NCBI GenBank assembly: GCA_973895155.1
Contig: OZ316892.1
Coordinates: 7,051,251 to 7,115,250, forward strand
Direction: 5' to 3'
Length of the DNA stretch: 64,000 bases
Origin: Marsupella aquatica
Lineage: Eukaryota > Plantae > Marchantiophyta
In this document: in pieces, positions 57,140 through 64,000 of the stretch
Layout: every line of letters begins with the position of its first letter
Position numbering within the stretch: the stretch's first letter is position 1
The notes under the pieces: generated by a model
Databases searched by the model: none
What the model was told of the DNA's origin: nothing
What the model saw: only the letters and a program-made list of their open reading frames with translations
Position numbers and translations under genes: made by a program

Positions 57140-59381
57140 CTAGGTCCACAAATGGCTGTAAAATTTTGCAAGATTGAACAAATCCAATCCAGAGATCCCA
57201 AGTAGTGTTGCCACTATTGTCTTAACCGCAGCACCACTCATAATGGCAACAGCTGCATGGGCGGTCGTTGTTTTCACCATCACTGATAAACAAAACCATC
57301 GCCCAGTTCAGTTCAGTGCATTGCATACGAAACAAAGATACTGCGAGTGTTCAACAGAAGGACTTACAATGCCAAAAAATACGACCACAGAGGTTCTGAT
57401 ACTTCATTTTTTTAAAACAGTCGTATCCCATGAAGCAGTACCTTTAAAGGCAACAATGTTTGACGAGAAAACGAGCATGTCAATCGTGAAGTTCATCAAA
57501 GGAGAGAATTCCCAAACCTGCACAAGAACGTACCAGATAGTGAGTGTTCATTCTGTCAAGCAATCAATGAGTGAGATAATCGACCGGATATTTCACATTC
57601 AAATGCAAGTCACTCAGATTGGACACGTACCAACATTGCAAAGACAACCAACTTGAAGTGGCTGGAAAGAAGAACTGCCACCAGAATATGCCTCGACCTG
57701 CAAGTTCCCAGCATAGTCCATGAGTACAAGAAAAATTCTAGGTTTGGAAGTATCTTGTACAATCGAGATTTCACGGGTTCCGAACCAAGCTTAGATTAAT
57801 CGGCAGCCATTCAATCAACTCTACTGGAAAAAGTCAAGAACTGCGACTGGTTCCTGGTATAATCCTCCGTTTTTAATATCTAGGGAGGGTGTTAAGACAC
57901 TCACTTCAAGTAGGCAGTAGGCTCTCCTTTTCGCCATGCATGAGCGGCGAGGAAAAGCGCCAGTTGGAAAGCACAGTTTAGACATGAAATTTGTACCAGC
58001 ACCTGAAATTTTAGAGATTGTGAGCCTTCCACCTAAAAGCTCTACATTGATTAGGTATAATGCCAAGTTCACATATGCAAATGAAAAAGCATGCATGCAA
58101 AGATATGGTAGTGTACCTTCCCTGCAGTAAAGCCGAAGGAGGTCAAGCTGTCCCATTGAATAACTTCTTTGTTCCCAATACCTTGTTGCAAAGCACATCT
58201 ACCTGGGAGAAGAGATTAAGGTTAACAAAACGCCGGACAAGGAAGTAAAGTCTGTGCCCCATCTGAATACGCTCTCTTGCATCTCACCGGAGATGATCTT
58301 TTCCACATTCAGATTTCCAGGCATTCTTTAAATCCTTCACGCTTGCTAGTTGAGTTTAAAGTTCTCAAGTTCAAGTTTAAAAGCCTGCTAATTAAAGAAG
58401 AACAATTTGCGGAATGAGTGGACACTCACAAATTTCTTAAGTTAAATGATGCGACGGTTTATGAGGGTAGGAAACTGAGTAACGATCCAACTCAAGTTGA
58501 ACGGAGCAGGAGAATACCTGTGTCAAGGAGCAGATCAACCAGGACTGCCTTCCAAATGAGATTCTGCAAAGAAAATTACCATTAAGAAAGACACGTGACT
58601 CCCAATATTTCTCCACTTGACCAGAAATCTATCCAAACAGCGAACGATTGCTCTCAGATGAACAATTGCAAAGTTAACGTAAAAGTCAAGATGTAAACTT
58701 GATAGTTTCACTGGCAAAGGCATCGGAGTAAACTTAGATGAAGAAAGACAAGAACGCAACAAATGGGGCATAATTGTACCAGAAGGTTGAAACGATGAAG
58801 TTCTGGGTAGTTGAAGAAGAGATGTCGGTAAGCCTCAGGCTTGTGCAGAATTGCATCAATGATAACAATCTACCTCAAACCAGAGACATACATCATTGCC
58901 AGGCAGGCTGCAGAGGGAACAGGCCCTTCCAGAAAACAGACTTCAGCTGTAATACGCTCCATCCTAGTTCTCCGACTGTTGCTAAGGAGACCGATCGCCA
59001 AAAATCAAAACCATCAGATACTGTGTTCACAGGATCACAAGCATTGGAATATCAAACAAAGACGAGGATAATCTTATACCAGAGTTTCATATTCGACATA
59101 TTCATCCACTGGAGATTGACACCGTGTCTGCAGCCATACAGGTGCTGCTCAGAAACCATTACTACCACCAGAAATACATATCAAAGAGACATTTGAGTCA
59201 CAAATAAGAGAAAATTGCTACAGAGGATGCAACTAGGTACACGGACGATCCTTACACAAGTAGAGATCCGGATGTTTCCTGGCGAGTACTCCACATACAC
59301 AGATCGGGCTGAAGTACCGCAATGCACACACACTTTCGCGAAACTCTCCATCGGTCTCACGGCACTGTCGCCCGCTTCCAT
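57140..59381 (-). CDS. ARV1: ARV1 (ER sterol/lipid homeostasis, GPI-anchor related), ~259 aa, with an N-terminus derived from Sec61 gamma
   Basis: Nine exons: 59381-59256, 59127-59080, 58869-58780, 58563-58518, 58202-58117, 58002-57905, 57697-57631, 57517-57442, 57282-57140 (780 nt, frame continuous). Arv1 homology domain: CVHCG...YVEYSPGNIRISTC-TRCQSPVDEYVEYE, IDAILHKPEAYRHLFFN, LIWK..LLLD, LSSHFKL..AMLVWEF, LVFSSNIVA. Confidence 0.88.
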
Positions 59382-59794
59382 TCTCCCTCCTTTCTCTTCC
59401 CTTTCTTTCTTCCTCCCTCCCACGAACTGGAAGGGCAGCTTTATCAACCAGAGACTCGGTAAACCTCAGTCAGTGGTGAGTCCATCCTCTCAATCACTCT
59501 CGTTCGCACTTCCTGTCATTCATTTCTTTTCTTTTCTTTTCTTTTCTTTTCTTTCTTGCTTGCTTTCTTTTCTTTTCTTTTCTTTTCTTTTCTTTCTTGC
59601 TTTCTTTCTTTCCTTCGCGCCGGCGCAAGACAAGGAGCGAGCGAGCAAGGTTTACTTTTCTTTCGTTAGCAAGCAACCCTCCCAGCTATCAGCTATGGCA
59701 AGTACAAATCTTACTTATAAATCTTCAACTACAAGGGGATCTAGGTTTCTAGAGTGAAGACTCTAGATTGTAACTCCATGGCTCATCATGTGGA

Positions 59795-60676
59795 CTAGTC
59801 CCGGCTACCCGTTCTTTGAACATGAATAGTGGAAAGGACAATAAAAAAATTATCAAAATATATTCTCTATTGAATAGTGAAGAGGACAATTAAAAAATTG
59901 TCAAAATATATTATCTATTCATATTCTTTGAAGATTTTTTTTAAATTTTTTTTTAATGAAACTTTATTCCAAGGAGTACCTAGAGGAAAAAACAAAACCT
60001 GCCTGGGAGGAGAAGGCAGGAAAGAACAAGAGCAATTAAGGGGGCAATGAAAGAAGCACACCCAGTGAAGGTGAAGGGTGACCTCCACCCTGACCGCCGG
60101 AAGGGAGGAGGCGGAGAGAGGGAGGGAGGACCCCAAGGAGGATAGAATGCTATCCTAAGAGAGTAGCCAAATAAGTAAACATCGGCTAGAAAACCTTCAC
60201 GAGAACTGAAATGGACTTTGCCATCCCCATCCACCACAACCGGCCAGATAGCTTGTACCCGTCGATATTCCGATGTGTACTCCACCACAGCCGGTGGAAC
60301 AGCTTATACCTGTCGATACTCCAATACTCCAATACTCCCTAGGAAGCCAACATGTGTACCCGCCGAGATTAATGACATGATAAAAAAAATTATCATTTTA
60401 ATAATCATATATAATATATCATTCTCCTTTATGTGCACATCAGTCTTTTTGTATCCACATCCATCTTCTATGCACATATGTTGTGGTGGGGTCATAGTGC
60501 TTATTTTTTTGAATGTAAATACTTAGAAATTATAAAAAAAAATGACATGTACATACATCATAGTCATGTCATGAGTGTCTCCCATGCACATGATGGCCAT
60601 AGAGTTATGGTCTAGAGGCTTCACTCTAGACCTAGCCTCTTAAAAGTAGACTTCACTTGGCGCTTTTATAGTAAGA
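59795..60676 (-). mobile_element. Helitron-like element (inner, antisense), itself carrying a retroposed insert
   Basis: The - strand starts TCTTACTATAAAAGCG and ends GTTCAAAGAACGGGTAGCCGGGACTAG. It sits between A (59794) and T (60677) without a TSD. Confidence 0.75.
59937..60365 (-). mobile_element. 5'-truncated retroposed fragment (LINE 3' end or processed transcript) with a poly(A) tail
   Basis: The - strand ends GGAATAAAGTTTCATT followed by an A-rich tail. It is flanked by AATCT on both sides and is absent from the outer Helitron copy. Confidence 0.6.
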
Positions 60677-61118
60677 TGAGAAAACTGATATCTATGATGT
60701 ATGTCATGTTAAATGATAATCATGACTGCATTTTGTTATGATTTCTATTTATATTAAAAACTGATTTCTATGGCCCCACCATATTATATGTGCATAAGTG
60801 GGATGTGAGATAGAAAAACTGAAAGTGGGATGTGCATAGAAAAGAATACTATGGTATGTTATGTATGATCATTAAAATGATGATATGCATGATAATTTTT
60901 TTATCATTTCATTAACCTTCAAAACATGTGAATAAGGAATATAGTTTGGTGACATTTTTATTGTCCTCCCCACTATTCACGTTCAAAGAACGGGTAGTCG
61001 GGGCTAGTTAGAGACAATATACACAATTTTTACAGAAAATGACCAAACAGATCACAAAAGAACAAACAAAAGAGGGTCCAAGTGGAGAAACAAAAGAAGG
61101 TCACCCAGAGGGCTCCAC

Positions 61119-61673
61119 TAGGGCGTCTCAAAGCTAACATTTGATGTACCTTAAGTCCCTAGTTATGATGTACCTTAAGTCCCTAGTTATGGGTAAAGAC
61201 ACAATAGGTGTCTCAAAGCTTGGAGCTTTGAAAATTAGGGATGATGGCATTTGGTCATAAACAAAGGTCATAACGTTTTCATAAAGTTTTATCTTGTTTT
61301 TTCTTTCACCAGCTTCCAGAGTGACTATGGTTATGGCATAAGATCAATCATTATGCAAAAAGTTATGAATTATGAACTCCATAACTTTTTGTGTCCATAA
61401 CCCATAACTAGAGAGTTAAGGTCCATCAAATTGCCAGTTTTGAGACTCCCTAATCCCTAGTTATGGGTTAAAGACACAAATATTTACAGCTTACTAAATT
61501 CACAGTCCCTAGCTTTGTGCCATGCGGATTGGTCTTATGCCATTACCATTAGTCGCTCTAGAGGCTGGCGAAAGAAAAACAAAAATGAACTTTTACATAA
61601 CCTTGTGAAAAAATGATCATTCCTTTATGGCTGAATGCTATCATCCATAATTTCTCAGCTTTGAGATGCCCTA
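61119..61673. mobile_element. MITE with TAGGG..TCTCAAAGCT TIRs, containing an inverted copy of itself at 61205-61452
   Basis: Outer TIRs TAGGGCGTCTCAAAGCT / AGCTTTGAGATGCCCTA; inner ends TAGGTGTCTCAAAGCT / AGTTTTGAGACTCCCTA. 61205-61350 is the reverse complement of ~61520-61673. Confidence 0.7.
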
Positions 61674-62810
61674 GTAGAAAAGACCCTAGGAAAATTGGTC
61701 TTACAACAATGTATACTGCTTCCATTTCCCCTCCTTTTTTTCATCCTTGCTTGCACTAGCTGGGAAGGCACCTTAGGGTGGCTTTACAAGAAACTAATCT
61801 GAATTATCATGCCCATTCTTTAAATGTAAATTTTGATAAGACCAAAAAAAGGCATTGCAAAAGAATCTATGGTGTTCATCTTTGCCCCCATCTGCGTTTT
61901 CGGTATTCACTTTCAGTTTTGTCCTTACAACTTTAATTACTTTGCCACTAAGGATTCTCAATTTGATAATACTGCATGTTTTTTTGTCTTCACACATATG
62001 CCACGATTTTGTATAAGGACAACAAGTTACACAAAGTAACAAGGTGTGAATATACAAAAAATCATGTCAAATTTGTAAATACAATAAAACAATAAAAACA
62101 ATGACAGTATTGTAAATTAGAACATCTTTTGTGGCAATGTAATTAAAACTTGTTTGTCCTTAATACTTTGTCTTTATCTAGAGTTAGGGTCTGGAGACTT
62201 TACGCTAGAAGTCTGGACCCCAACTCTAGCTTCTGTTTGAGATTTATAAGTAAGATTGGGGACACTTTTTTTAGTTTTTGCGTTGAAAGCCAAAACCAGA
62301 CCCATCCAATAGAGGATAGATGTTCTGCTCCGGAGCATGCAATTTCACCAAAGCAAACAAGAAATTGGGGGCACTTGTGAACTTTTTTCACCAATCAAAG
62401 TGGAGGACCCAGTCCAATGTATTCTTTGGCTAAAGTTTTTCTGGCTCTGACAACGGTCGATCTTATAAGGACTTTAATGCAAATGACTCAGAATATGAAT
62501 GGACCGAGGGGCCAAAAGAACACATCTCCAGCAGAGCTGATCTAAAATCTGGGACAAAAATGTGCTTCGCATAAGCAGAAATTGGGCCCCACTCCATTCC
62601 ATGTAGGATCGACAGCCAATTAGGTTTAATGGATGGCCTTCATCACATCTCAGAACCAGTTAGGTTGAAACAAAAAAAAGGTGGAAAGTGCCACCAACAT
62701 CTTATGAAGCAACTACCCAGAAACTCAGCAAACCTCATTTCCTGTGCTTTGTATTGGCAAAATTCACCAAATTGCACATCTCCCGAGGCAAGGAGCAAGT
62801 GAACGCTAAG

Positions 62811-63110
62811 ACTGGAGTTCCAATTGAGCTCAAACAACAGTTAGGGCACTGTCAAGGGCCACAGCAACTGAATGATTCAAATTTCCCTCAAAGTTTTGGC
62901 ACACTTATTTCCTCAAACTCTCCAATTTGGAGCCTACTCATTGCCCAAACCAGGCTAATTTTGGATCCACTGGAATTCCCATTGAGCTCAAACAACAGTG
63001 AGGGTGCTCTTAAGGGCCACAGGAACTGAATGGTTCAAATTTCCCTCAGAGTTTTGACACACCCCTGACTTGGCATTTCCTCAAAAACTCTCCAAGTTTT
63101 AACCTACTCA
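62811..63110. repeat. ~158-bp tandem duplication, 2 diverged copies
   Basis: CTGGA.TTCC.ATTGAGCTCAAACAACAGT...AAGGGCCACAG.AACTGAATG.TTCAAATTTCCCTCA at ~62812 and ~62969. Confidence 0.8.
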
Positions 63111-64000
63111 TGGCCCAAACTGACTTTTTATCTCGAAGAACTTCACTGCTGCTCCTTTCCTCGAGGGTTGTAACAACAGGACCATTGCACAGCAATATCA
63201 TATGGTTGAGTGATTTCATTGCTGTGCCAATTTGTGATTACTAAACCACCTATTCCAGGAAGACTAAGTTGACAGCAGCAGTGCTTCATTAAGGTTACTC
63301 ACCTACAAACAAGCACTCCGAGTACCTGATAGGATGAATAGCAAAGCTGTGGGCTTGCTTTCTCACTGCAAGAAACAATTCTCAAGACAAATGCTATGCA
63401 TACTCTACAGGTCATGGAATCAAGGTACCAGAGTCTCATTTTTACAGACAAATCTTGATAAAAAAAAAGTTGCACATGTTGGGCAACCTAGCATGACATT
63501 CGGTGTACAGCATACCTGAGTTGCCTAAGACTACCATTTCCTTCACAACCCTGCCTTTCCCCTCTATAATCCATCTCCAACTTTTCCCTCTCCATCCAAT
63601 TCTCTACCTCTCATGGAATTCGAAATAAGATAAGTAATTCATGACAGGAGGCCTAAAACTTGTGCAGAGAGTCAATAAACTCCTACCCTACCTTTAGGTG
63701 AGAGCTTGTGAAACCTCCTGCTCATTTTCTGTGGCATTTATTTGTGACCCCTGTCAAAATTCTAATGACAGGGGAGTATCCCAATGCTTTTCTATTGCGT
63801 TCTGCTCAAGTCATTCCTAATAGCCATTGGACAAAGTAAGCAACAAACTGCGATCCCAATTCCAAAATTGTGAGATGCAGTGTGGCTGTCACCCTTCTGA
63901 AAAACGGAAAGCATGCATATCATGAACTGATGCATGCAGCACTGACATGTCCTCTGCCTCTTCCCCCTCAAATGCATAACTCAAGCTACGATAAAGGGAA

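Larger units (their letters stand above)
59709..61007 (+). mobile_element. Helitron-like element (outer), interrupted by an antisense copy of the same family
   Basis: 5' A|TCTTACTTATAAAT at 59709; 3' GTTCAAAGAACGGGTAGTCGGGGCTAG|T at 61007. Joining 59709-59794 to 60677-61007 gives a sequence colinear with the inner copy. Confidence 0.7.

Noticed and set aside
59215-59757. 180-aa + strand ORF rich in Phe/Leu/Ser
   Set aside because: Antisense to ARV1 exon 1 and its (GAAA)n leader; low-complexity artefact.
59980-60288. 102-aa ORF as a captured host gene
   Set aside because: Non-ATG start inside a poly(A)-tailed insert and no domain I recognise; kept only as a retroposed fragment.

Overview
Eukaryotic land-plant nuclear DNA with GT-AG introns. 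The gene set and intron style suggest a bryophyte, probably a liverwort (inference). Seven protein genes can be reconstructed: a coclaurine N-methyltransferase/CFA-synthase-like SAM methyltransferase (+), a giant SANT/Myb NCoR/POWERDRESS-like corepressor with polyQ (-), a MAM33 mitochondrial glycoprotein (+), an Arc1p/AIMP1-like GST-C + tRNA-binding protein (+), a plastid glucose-6-phosphate/phosphate translocator (-), an intronless Sec61 gamma (+) and ARV1 (-). Intergenic DNA is rich in mobile elements. These include a decayed full-length Ty1/copia element inserted in a 61-bp tandem array, a tRNA-derived SINE, several MITE families and a short Helitron-like family, many of them nested inside one another. 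The most striking observation is that ARV1 is chimeric. Its 5' leader and first 16 codons are an inverted duplicate of the 5' end of the neighbouring Sec61 gamma gene, fused in frame to an intact 9-exon ARV1 ORF. All exon boundaries were read by hand from splice consensus and protein-family memory; no database search was run.
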